Assembly (NCBI GenBank): GCA_963676915.2
Contig: CAXXVK010000011.1
Span: 1 to 64,000 of the forward strand
Direction: 5' to 3'
DNA length: 64,000 nt
Source: Myxococcota bacterium
Lineage (GTDB): Bacteria > Myxococcota_A > SURF-8 > G963663525
Shown here: positions 30,491-39,193 of the stretch, piece by piece
Layout of the letters: every line of letters starts with the position of its first letter
How positions within the stretch are numbered: position 1 is the stretch's first letter
Made by a program: the position numbers and the translations under genes
The notes under the pieces: generated by a model
The model's database searches: none
What the model was told of the DNA's origin: nothing
What the model saw: only the letters and a program-made list of their open reading frames with translations

Positions 30491-31612
30491 ATGGGTCAAT
30501 TATTCCTTTGGACAAACCGGGTTGACCGGCAGACGCTGGACGGATTTCGTGAACGTTACGGTTTTTCCGTTCCGGAACCTTTAGCCGACATTCACGAGAA
30601 CCTGCCGCAGGAATTCATCGATTACCTGCACTTTTTCTCTCTGGATGAAATCGTCGAGGAATCTCGTCGCTATCTGATGATGGTTCCCGGCTTGATTCCC
30701 TTCGCCGAGGACGGCGAAGGCGACATGTACTGTTTTTATCGGCCCTGGATGGACAGTTACGGAGCCGTGCCTTGCGGCATCTGGATGAACGAAACGAACC
30801 ATTTCCTGCCGATTTCGAATCATTTTCAAGGGTTTTTGATTTGGTGGATCGGTAAAGGTCTGCTGGATGCCTTCGGAGAGCAGGATTGGGAAGAAACCGT
30901 TAAAATCCTCAAACTCGTGCAACAGAGTTCGCACCTGGAAGAATTCGGAGTCATCGAAGGTCCGCCGCAAGGACCGATAAGTTGGAACGAACAACTTTTG
31001 CGGGTGGATGTCGATAACGCATTTTCCCTGACCTATAGCGCGATTCATGGATTCGCCCGGTCGGGTATTTCCAACGCGATTCACGATTTGAAACGGGCAC
31101 AGGCTGCCTTACCGCAGTTCGGGGCACCGTATCTCTGGGAAGCGCGTCTGCAAGCTATGCGTGGACACATTCGCAAAGCCCACGATGCCTACTTCAATCA
31201 TTTGACCTGTCCGCTGTTCAGCAACGGATTCCATTACTGGACCCAGTGCGGCGATCTCCAGGTTCCCGAGTCGAGCGAGCGGGAAGCCTTCGATTTCCTC
31301 TACGATGCCGATTTGAAGGCCAGTGACGCCATTTTGTTGCATCCTCGGGTGGATTATCTCCATACGCACGATCCAGACGATTACCAGGCCCGGTTGGAGT
31401 TAAGCGAAATCCTCTGGCGTCAGGGAAATCGAGCCATGGCTTTGACCGAGCTGGAAAACGCCTTTTTCCTGGAATCCTGGAACGAAGACGTGGCGGGCGA
31501 TCTTCTGGAAAGACTGCTCGACAGCTACCAGCGCCATGATCGTCCTTACGAGGAACGCCAGTGTGGCCGGTTGCTCAAACGCGCCGGTGCAGGTTCGTTT
31601 TTTCCCTTATAA
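30491..31612 (+). CDS. SMI1/KNR4-like domain plus TPR-like helical protein
   Basis: LPQEFIDYL...FFSLDEI...LIPFAEDGEGDMYCF followed by helical repeats. Confidence 0.6.
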   Translation: MGQLFLWTNRVDRQTLDGFRERYGFSVPEPLADIHENLPQEFIDYLHFFSLDEIVEESRRYLMMVPGLIPFAEDGEGDMYCFYRPWMDSYGAVPCGIWMNETNHFLPISNHFQGFLIWWIGKGLLDAFGEQDWEETVKILKLVQQSSHLEEFGVIEGPPQGPISWNEQLLRVDVDNAFSLTYSAIHGFARSGISNAIHDLKRAQAALPQFGAPYLWEARLQAMRGHIRKAHDAYFNHLTCPLFSNGFHYWTQCGDLQVPESSEREAFDFLYDADLKASDAILLHPRVDYLHTHDPDDYQARLELSEILWRQGNRAMALTELENAFFLESWNEDVAGDLLERLLDSYQRHDRPYEERQCGRLLKRAGAGSFFPL

Positions 31613-31627
31613 AACCTATAGAAATAT

Positions 31628-32962
31628 CTACTGTTCAGGAATGGCGAGCACCATACGGTGAATCAAAGTCGGACCGGTTTGACCTTCCACCCAGGCCAGA
31701 TCCGCATCTTCGAAAGGCGAACTGTAGTTGTAGATTTCGTACAGTCCCGGACGCGCTTCGACCGCCGATGCGAAACATGTATCTCCCGCCGAGGGAAGGT
31801 CCAGAATGAACGATACTTCCAGTGTTTCGCCATCGACTTCCCATAACGAGCACCGTTTGGGTGTCTGCCAGTAAGCGAGTTCGTATTGGAGGGATTGATC
31901 CTCGAAGCTCATCTCCCGATAGCTGGGATCTTCGTATCCAAGGTCATAGTAGCCGTTCTCCGTCAGGTTACGTCGCCCGATGAGGAAAACCCGGTTGTCG
32001 TAACCGAACAGCAGTGGAGAATCGTACTTTTTCGGGTCATCCACACAGTTCCAGTTTCCCAGATCATCGGCTTCGGCACGGCAGATTTTCATCCCCCAGC
32101 CGGATACTTCGTCGCCCGCTTCGTTGCGGCTGACCGCGATCAACGTGCCGTCGTCCAGAAACGCGATGTCGGTTTCACTGACGCCACCTGAGAGCATCAC
32201 CGGCTTGTCTTCGATGACCGGTACCCAGTCCACGCCGTTTTCGGTGGTCAGCCAGTGTACCTGAACGCCTTCGCCGTCCATATCGTAAATGTTTTCCCCG
32301 CCTACGTAGGCCAGCATGTAAGGAACGCCGTTCAGCACTCGTACGCGCCACGGAATGAAGCCTTCTTCATAGAACCAGTCCGGTTCGCTCCAGTTCCCGT
32401 TGACGTCCATTTTCATCATTTTCATCCCTTGGGGTTCGAATTCCCACATGTATTCGCCCAATACCGCGAAATACAAGAACAATTCACCCTTGAAGGAAAG
32501 CAGACGCGGCTCGCGGAGGTCGGTTCCCATGTGGTAGGTGGTCTCCAATCGCCAGGTTTCGCGGTCGTCGCTGCTGACCACATAGAGGCGGGCCAACGGG
32601 CTTGCAAAATGGTCGGGGGCTGTGCGAAATGCCAGGTAAATCCGACCGTTATGGGTTGCAACGTCTAGATTGTTGTTGGCATCTTGAAGTTGCAGGTTGG
32701 TGGGGAGCGCTTGTGAGGGAACGACTTGAATGGCTTCGTCCAAGCAGGGTCCGGCCTGACAATCCTCCCGAAGAGCGAGTTCGTCGGCGATTTCGAAAAG
32801 GGCTTCTTGCCACAGGGAGGTTTCATCGGTTTCCACCTCTTCGTCGCTATCACCGCTTGAGTCGATTGGGGTGTTGTCATCCGAGCCGCAGGCTGTGATG
32901 AAAACCACGAAGGATCCGAGGATCAATCCAAAAAACAACGATCGTCTGAAAAAGGCGCTCAT
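31628..32962 (-). CDS. Hypothetical lipoprotein, sialidase/beta-propeller-like
   Basis: Lipobox ITAC; Asp-box-like SSDDRETW and TTENGVDW; DLREP and GDTCF motifs. Confidence 0.65.
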   Translation of the reverse strand: MSAFFRRSLFFGLILGSFVVFITACGSDDNTPIDSSGDSDEEVETDETSLWQEALFEIADELALREDCQAGPCLDEAIQVVPSQALPTNLQLQDANNNLDVATHNGRIYLAFRTAPDHFASPLARLYVVSSDDRETWRLETTYHMGTDLREPRLLSFKGELFLYFAVLGEYMWEFEPQGMKMMKMDVNGNWSEPDWFYEEGFIPWRVRVLNGVPYMLAYVGGENIYDMDGEGVQVHWLTTENGVDWVPVIEDKPVMLSGGVSETDIAFLDDGTLIAVSRNEAGDEVSGWGMKICRAEADDLGNWNCVDDPKKYDSPLLFGYDNRVFLIGRRNLTENGYYDLGYEDPSYREMSFEDQSLQYELAYWQTPKRCSLWEVDGETLEVSFILDLPSAGDTCFASAVEARPGLYEIYNYSSPFEDADLAWVEGQTGPTLIHRMVLAIPEQ

Positions 32963-33102
32963 GGTGTTTCCTGTTGAATACGATGATGGAATGGAGCAAT
33001 TGGGTACGAGTATAGCGAATTCTTGTTCCTCGACAAACGGTTTGCTGGATATTTTCGAACCAAGAACCCAAAAACGGCAATACTAATCAAACCCTTACAA
33101 AA

Positions 33103-33304
33103 GGGTGCATCACAAAATAGTGCGACTTTCGTAAAATCCTCTTTTTTCGTAGCGGCGAGGCGTAAGCCCGCCGTTTTTGCATTTTGCAAGTTGCTTTTAT
33201 ACCCCCAATCTCCCTTTTCGGCGGGCTTACGCCTCGCCGCTACAACCAAATGAATGAATGCTTCAATATTATTGGGCCTATTCGCACCATTTTGTGATGC
33301 ACCC
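33103..33304. mobile_element. 202-bp MITE, copy 2 (inverted relative to copy 1)
   Basis: TIRs gggtgcatcacaaaatagtgcga/tcgcaccattttgtgatgcaccc; flanking repeat cttacaaaa/cctacaaaa (8/9 match); same internal REP doublet. Confidence 0.9.
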
Positions 33305-33433
33305 CCTACAAAACTTCGTTACGATAAAAGGTGGAAAAACCATCTTGCCAATGGTATGAAAACCGTAGATTTGGTTGTTTGAAAGAACAAAATCCCTTCG
33401 GTTCGCACAGAGCGAAAAAAAATCGTAAAAAAG

Positions 33434-33462
33434 TTGCATTGTCACGAAGGGTCATTTATATT
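33434..33462 (+). promoter_or_regulatory. Putative sigma70 promoter of rplS
   Basis: TTGCAT-17 nt-TATATT, about 110 nt upstream of the ATG. Confidence 0.55.
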
Positions 33463-33570
33463 TGTGCGCCCTTCGGCAAAGAGCCTTGAAGGGGCAACCG
33501 GGAAATTATGCCGGTTGGGAGCATACGATCATTTCGCGGTCCGATACCGCATCAGGTTTGGAGCTTGACC

Positions 33571-33939
33571 ATGGCTAACTCGAAAACGAACAAAAGCGTA
33601 ATTGAAGAATTCGAACAGCGCCAGATGCGTATCGACCTTCCGGATTTCAAAGTCGGCGACCGTCTGAGAGTTCACATCAAGATCAGTGAAGGCGGAAAAG
33701 AACGCATCCAGGTTTTCATCGGCGACGTGATCCGGAAAAAACGCGGTGACATCCGTGCCGCTTTCACCGTCCGCAAGGTATCCCATGGTATCGGTGTGGA
33801 ACGTACCTTCCCGCTGCATTCGCCGCTGATCGAGAAAATCGAGATCGCGCAGCGTGGCCGCGTCCGTCGCAATCGCCTGTTCTACCTCCGTTCGCGTCGC
33901 GGTAAAGCCGCTCGTATCCGTGAGGCCAGCCGGGATTAA
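33571..33939 (+). CDS. rplS: 50S ribosomal protein L19
   Basis: [13 protein letters not shown]...ERIQVFIG...[21 protein letters not shown]...GRVRR. Confidence 0.97.
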   Translation: MANSKTNKSVIEEFEQRQMRIDLPDFKVGDRLRVHIKISEGGKERIQVFIGDVIRKKRGDIRAAFTVRKVSHGIGVERTFPLHSPLIEKIEIAQRGRVRRNRLFYLRSRRGKAARIREASRD

Positions 33940-33957
33940 TTCGGGCGTCGTACTCCC

Positions 33958-34605
33958 GTGAAACCTTCTGAACAATTGACGTTTTTCGAGTCGGATAGTC
34001 TCGAAAACGAGATGCGGAAATCCGGCTTCAATCTCCTGATAGGAACCGACGAAGCCGGGCGGGGACCGTTAGCCGGTCCGGTTGTTGCGGGAGCGGTGAT
34101 ACTACCGGAAAATCATTTCCTGGAAAACCTGACGGATTCCAAGCTGTTGCATGAAAAACAGCGGCTTAAGCTCGCCGACGAGATCACGGCTTCGGCCTTG
34201 GCTTGGGGTGTGGCTTTCGTGCATCCGGCTGAAATCGACGAGATCAACATCCTGCAAGCCAGCTTGAGAGCCATGGTGCAGGCGGTTGAACGCGCCGAGA
34301 AAATACTTCGTGCCGAGTTGATTCTCATCGATGGCAACAAAACCCTACCCGTCGAACGCGAACAGCGGGCCATCGTCAAAGGCGACCGCCTGTGTCCGTG
34401 CATTTCCGCAGCATCGATTCTGGCCAAAGTAGCGCGGGACGCCTACATGACCTGGCTCGATGGAGTTTATCCGGGCTACGGTTTTCGCCGTCACAAGGGA
34501 TATCCGACAAAAGCCCACCGGCAGATCATCGAACAAAAAGGACCGACCCCGGTACATCGGAAAACCTTTCGAGGTGTGAAGGAATTCCTGCACCGGAGCC
34601 GGTAG
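33958..34605 (+). CDS. rnhB: Ribonuclease HII
   Basis: GTDEAGRGPLAGPVVA, DSK, LIDGN, KGD, SAASILAKVARD, HKGYPT. Confidence 0.96.
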   Translation: MKPSEQLTFFESDSLENEMRKSGFNLLIGTDEAGRGPLAGPVVAGAVILPENHFLENLTDSKLLHEKQRLKLADEITASALAWGVAFVHPAEIDEINILQASLRAMVQAVERAEKILRAELILIDGNKTLPVEREQRAIVKGDRLCPCISAASILAKVARDAYMTWLDGVYPGYGFRRHKGYPTKAHRQIIEQKGPTPVHRKTFRGVKEFLHRSR

Positions 34606-34649
34606 GGAGAGCCGAGAGTTTTATCTCGGCGGGGGCCACTAGATTCAGA

Positions 34650-36131
34650 TTACCGTTGGAAGGCGATGAACAGTGCCGACTGCTGGCGGTTGATCAACAG
34701 ACGAACGAAGCTTCTTTCATCGATTCGTTTCATCGCTTTTTCGAAGTCCTTGATATCTCCAATCTTTTTCCTGTTGATTTTGCGGATGATATCTCCTGGA
34801 CGCAGTCCCGAACGACCACCGGATTGCCGTGGGTCGAGATCGACGATGACCACGCCTTCGCCATCTTCGATACCAGCCTTTTTCAACTGGGCTTTGTTCG
34901 GTTTAGCCACGGTGATTCCCGCCGCTTCCACCGTCGTCTGCTTATCGTTCGTTTTGGGTGTATCGGCGTTTTCGGCGTACTCGTCTTCGGGGAAGCTGTC
35001 GAGTCGCAACGTCTTTTCGATCTCGCGACGGTCACGCCAGATTTTCAACTCGACCTTTTTGCCTTTGCCGGTCGTGGAAGCGTACCAGACCAGATCCTGC
35101 CAATTGGCGATGGCTCTTCCGTCGAATTCCAGAATGATATCTTCGGGTTCGATCCCGGCTTTTTCAGCAGGTCCATCCTTTACTACATCGGTAACCAATG
35201 CGCCTCGGGCTTTGTCCAGTCCCAGTGATCCGGCCAATTCGCTTGTAACCTTCTGCACTTGGATGCCCATCCAGGAACGGTTGACCTTTCCGTGCACGAG
35301 TTGCGGAAGCAACGTTTTCGCCATGTTGATCGGGATAGCGAAACCGATACCTTGCGCCTGGGCCACGGCTGTATTGATACCGATGACCTCCCCGTAAATA
35401 TTCAGCAGCGGACCGCCGGAGTTGCCCGGATTGATCGATGCGTCGGTCTGGATGAAATTGGAGTGGATGTGCTTACCGGAGGGGTTGATGTCTTTTCGCC
35501 CCTTTTGGCTCACGATACCCCGCGTTACGGTGTGCGACAATCCCAGCGGATTGCCGATGGCTACGACGGTTTCACCGACCTGCAAAGCATCGGAGTCGCC
35601 CAATGGCAGGTACGGCAGCTTCTCGCCTGCGTCGATTTTGATCAGCGCCATGTCCGTTCGTGGATCGGTTCCAACGACCTTGGCCTCGTATTCGCTGCCG
35701 TTTTCCAGGGTGATCAGGATCTCGTCGGCCTCCTCGACCACGTGGTTGTTCGTAAAGATGTAGCCTTCCGGGTTGATGATAAAGCCCGATCCCAGTCCTC
35801 GGCTTTGGAACTTGCGTCGTTGCTCGGGACCGAAGAAAAAGTCGAAGAAATCGTCAAATGGCCTGTCGTTTCCGTACGGATTACGATTCCTTCGTTGCGG
35901 ACCGAAAACGATGTTTTTCGTCGTCGATACGGAAACCACCGCCGGGATGCTTTCCTTGGCCAGCCGTACGAACTGTTCGTTGTAGGCCGGATCGATATAG
36001 GCTTTTCGATCGGAACGTTCTTTCCATATTTTATCGTTGGCGTGTCCGGTTTCCGAAACCAGAACCACGGCCAGAGCGAAAATCGAAACCACAAATATCG
36101 GGAAAAGTCGTGCCTTCAATATTCGTTTCAT
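34650..36131 (-). CDS. degP: HtrA/DegP (Do) serine protease with two PDZ domains
   Basis: GSGFII, TNNHVV, TDMAL, QTDASINPGNSGGPL; start placed at MKRILK (RBS ggagga). Confidence 0.92.
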   Translation of the reverse strand: MKRILKARLFPIFVVSIFALAVVLVSETGHANDKIWKERSDRKAYIDPAYNEQFVRLAKESIPAVVSVSTTKNIVFGPQRRNRNPYGNDRPFDDFFDFFFGPEQRRKFQSRGLGSGFIINPEGYIFTNNHVVEEADEILITLENGSEYEAKVVGTDPRTDMALIKIDAGEKLPYLPLGDSDALQVGETVVAIGNPLGLSHTVTRGIVSQKGRKDINPSGKHIHSNFIQTDASINPGNSGGPLLNIYGEVIGINTAVAQAQGIGFAIPINMAKTLLPQLVHGKVNRSWMGIQVQKVTSELAGSLGLDKARGALVTDVVKDGPAEKAGIEPEDIILEFDGRAIANWQDLVWYASTTGKGKKVELKIWRDRREIEKTLRLDSFPEDEYAENADTPKTNDKQTTVEAAGITVAKPNKAQLKKAGIEDGEGVVIVDLDPRQSGGRSGLRPGDIIRKINRKKIGDIKDFEKAMKRIDERSFVRLLINRQQSALFIAFQR

Positions 36132-36445
36132 AGATAAGTCTCCTCCGTTTGGTTGTCTGTTTTTTCCAAACCGGGAAACGGTGAGTTTTATTCCCATATT
36201 ATTTTCGTATGGACGTGAATTAAAATGTGGAAAAACGGCACTTCTCGCACGAAATTCGTTGGTTCAGGTTTTCAACCTGAACCGAAACGTTTGAGGGCAG
36301 GATAAAATCCTGCCCCATCATGTCTCGTGTAACCATTTGGAATCACAGCATTATCTATTTTCCTCATGTCGGGAAAACCATCACCCGACCGACAATTTTT
36401 CCTGTTTTTCCGATAGTTTGACGATGGTTCACCCCACCGTATCGG

Positions 36446-37090
36446 TCATTTTTTCACAGCTTTGACGAAAGCCTTAACCGACGTTTCCTTAAAACGCTTT
36501 TCGCAGGGATCGTAAAAGCGGAATCTTCGCTCGTCCCGTTCGAGAACCGAAATCAGGTCCGATCTCGGTGTTTGACCGGCGCTTTTCCAAGCGGCGGCGG
36601 CCATAGCCCTACGAAAAGGAAACGGAGATTCCATCGAGCGTTCCAAAGGTTCGGCAAACGACGCAATCAACGTCGGCGCGGGTTTGGACCATCGCCAGGC
36701 TGCATGATGTACGCCGTCCTCGAATGGCTCGAAATTCAGCAAATACAGTAAGTTAGGACCGAAACTGTCACGCAGGTCGGGAACATTCAACAGCACTTCA
36801 CCCACAACTTCCGGCGCGTTCCAGACGATGCCCCCGGATTCGTCGTTCATATGCCAGAACAGGCGGCGAAGCAGACTGCGAACAGGTTCGAAATCGTGTT
36901 CGGCAAAACGAGCGGCTACGCTGCCAATGGTGTGGATGGTTTTCCAGCGAAAAATTTCGTCAGGATGGAACAGCAGGCCGATCAACGCCGCCCATGGACG
37001 CCGCCGATGCATCGCCCACTTCCAGACGGCTTCGGTGTTTCCATGGGCGATCCATGCAAAAAGTCGGTCTTTTTCGCGTCGATTCGGCAA
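36446..37090 (-). CDS. HEAT-repeat protein (DVU0298-like)
   Basis: LLRRLFWHMNDESGGIVWNAPEVVGE motif; TTG start uncertain. Confidence 0.65.
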   Translation of the reverse strand: MPNRREKDRLFAWIAHGNTEAVWKWAMHRRRPWAALIGLLFHPDEIFRWKTIHTIGSVAARFAEHDFEPVRSLLRRLFWHMNDESGGIVWNAPEVVGEVLLNVPDLRDSFGPNLLYLLNFEPFEDGVHHAAWRWSKPAPTLIASFAEPLERSMESPFPFRRAMAAAAWKSAGQTPRSDLISVLERDERRFRFYDPCEKRFKETSVKAFVKAVKK

Positions 37091-37106
37091 TGGTTGTCGA
37101 TATCAG

Positions 37107-37850
37107 CTAAAATTCAACGGCGTCCACTTTCCAATCGGGACCGGGTTTGAAGGTGAAAAAGTTCTCCTCAAAAACCTGATCCGGCTTGGGTTCATTGAAG
37201 GTGAAATGGTTGGTATTGCCCATCACATCGAGTAGCACGGTTTCCTCGATTCGTCCCGTGTCGGGCTGGACAAACAGAAACATGAATTCGAAGGGTTTGT
37301 CTTTGGAAAGCGGCGTGAGTTCCAAAACGGTACGCTCACCGCGTTCCAACCCTAGAATTTTCTTCGTGGCAATGGATCGAACGATGTAATCGCGGGTCAG
37401 ATCGCTACCGCCCCAGAGAAAGGAAATCGAGCTTTCCAGGGCGCTGGTGCTGAAATTCTTGTGTACCTGCACGGTTTTCTTGTCGGGAATCACGAGCCAG
37501 ATGCTTTTGCCGTCGGTGATGAAGTTCTGTTTAGGCTTTTCTCGATATTCCCAGCGCATATTCAGCGGTCGTTTGAAATAGACAACGCCTTTGTTTTTAA
37601 TGTCCCGCCCGGTGATTTTCGAAGTGTAAATCTGCTGGAATTCGAGAGTAAAATCCTTTTGCTGCCGGTAGTATTCCCTAACCTTTGCACTTGCCGCCTC
37701 GGCCACCGGATCGCGAAGGAGTTCTTTCGTTTTTAAAGGGATCTGCTCTGTTTCGGCCCAAGACGAAACTCCCGTGATCCAAAGCAGACAAAACGTGACG
37801 AAAAGGATGATCTTCTTCAAAACTCGCTCCCGTGGTTGGGGATGGTTCAA
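37107..37850 (-). CDS. lolA: Outer-membrane lipoprotein carrier LolA
   Basis: Signal peptide; FQQIY...GVVYFKRPLNMRWEY...FITDGKSIW; start uncertain. Confidence 0.85.
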   Translation of the reverse strand: MNHPQPRERVLKKIILFVTFCLLWITGVSSWAETEQIPLKTKELLRDPVAEAASAKVREYYRQQKDFTLEFQQIYTSKITGRDIKNKGVVYFKRPLNMRWEYREKPKQNFITDGKSIWLVIPDKKTVQVHKNFSTSALESSISFLWGGSDLTRDYIVRSIATKKILGLERGERTVLELTPLSKDKPFEFMFLFVQPDTGRIEETVLLDVMGNTNHFTFNEPKPDQVFEENFFTFKPGPDWKVDAVEF

Positions 37851-37854
37851 ACCA

Positions 37855-38913
37855 TTATCCGATGGAAATCATACGGTCCAGCGAGGCCCGAGCGAGATCC
37901 ATCATTTCGGGTTCCAATTCGATTTCGTACCGGCGGTTCAGCAACGAGGCCAGGGTGTCTTCGAGCGTGATGGTTTTCATGTGCGGACAGGCAATGGAAC
38001 ACATCCGCACCAGTTCCTTGTCGGGATTCTCGGCGACGATGTTGTCTCCCATGCTGCATTCGGTCAACAGCAGGTACTTTTCGCTGTCGGTTTCCTTGAC
38101 GTGACGAATCATCTGCTTGGTGCTGCCGGAAAAGTCCGAGGCTCGCACCACTTCGCGGGAGCATTCCGGGTGGGCCAACACGTTAAGTCCCGGATGGGTT
38201 TCTCGTGCACGGGTGATGTCATCCACCGTGAACTGTTCGTGAACCTCGCAACGCCCCTTCCAGCCGATCATCGCTTTGGGCGCATCGGGTTCGGCGTCGC
38301 TGGGGAAGAAAATCGGTACGCCCAGTTCGTCCGCCACATTGGAACCTAAATACTCGTCCGGCAGGAAAAGCACCCGGTTGTGGCCGTTCTCGAACAGGTG
38401 CCTAACCACTTTGTCGGCGTTGGAGGAGGTGCAGCAAATGTCGGTTTCGGCCTTGACTTCGGCATAAGTATTGACATACGAAACGACCGGAACCCCTGGA
38501 AATTGTTGCTTCAAGTTCCGTACGTCGTCTCCTGAGATCGCAGCGGCCAGCGAACACCCCGCCTCTTTGGCCGGAAGCAGAACCTGCTTGCCGGGATTGA
38601 GGATTTTTGCGGTTTCCGCCATGAATTCCACTCCGCAGAAAACAATGATATCCGCGTCGGTCCGTGCCGAAATCCTCGCCAGTTCCAGCGAGTCTCCCAC
38701 GTAATCGGGAACGGTGTTGAACAGCACCGCTTCCATGTAGTTATGACCCAGGATAACGGCGTTTAATTCTTTTTTCAGGCGATTGATCTGAAACACCAAC
38801 TCGGCTTTGTCTTCCAAAGCTGCCGGAGGCATCAGGTGACTAAGCTTTTTTTTCATCCATTCGAGAGTTTCCTCACGGCTGGCGGCGTTGTGAATGGTTT
38901 GCATGTCGGTCAT
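37855..38913 (-). CDS. nadA: Quinolinate synthase
   Basis: ILGHNY, GDSLEL, FCGVEFMAETAKILNP, AGCSLA, YVNT, CTSSNA, CEVH, HPEC, CPHM. Confidence 0.96.
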   Translation of the reverse strand: MTDMQTIHNAASREETLEWMKKKLSHLMPPAALEDKAELVFQINRLKKELNAVILGHNYMEAVLFNTVPDYVGDSLELARISARTDADIIVFCGVEFMAETAKILNPGKQVLLPAKEAGCSLAAAISGDDVRNLKQQFPGVPVVSYVNTYAEVKAETDICCTSSNADKVVRHLFENGHNRVLFLPDEYLGSNVADELGVPIFFPSDAEPDAPKAMIGWKGRCEVHEQFTVDDITRARETHPGLNVLAHPECSREVVRASDFSGSTKQMIRHVKETDSEKYLLLTECSMGDNIVAENPDKELVRMCSIACPHMKTITLEDTLASLLNRRYEIELEPEMMDLARASLDRMISIG

Positions 38914-39098
38914 ATTATTTCTCCGAAAACGTGAATTCATTCCATCAAATCGTTCGGTTCTCTATTCTGTACCTTGTCATGATTCGCGGGTCAAGCGACA
39001 CAGGTGAAGGATACTTCATAAAAATCGTGTTTCGATTTTGTAACTGCTTGTAAATAAAGACTTTTTAGAATTTAAAAGTGAAAATGGCTGTTTTTTAA

Positions 39099-39163
39099 GT
39101 AGGTCGGGCAAATTTCTTGCCCGACACCTTGGCATTGTCGGGCAAGAAATTTGCCCGACCTAC
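39099..39163. repeat. GTAG-type REP doublet (perfect inverted pair)
   Basis: gtaggtcgggcaaatttcttgcccgac, 11-nt spacer, gtcgggcaagaaatttgcccgacctac. Confidence 0.85.
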
Positions 39164-39193
39164 TTGGGAACTCTGAACTGTCCGCTGGGATGT

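Noticed and set aside
32877-33253. Short ORFs overlapping MITE copy 2
   Set aside because: Incidental frames; no transposase motifs, and too short.
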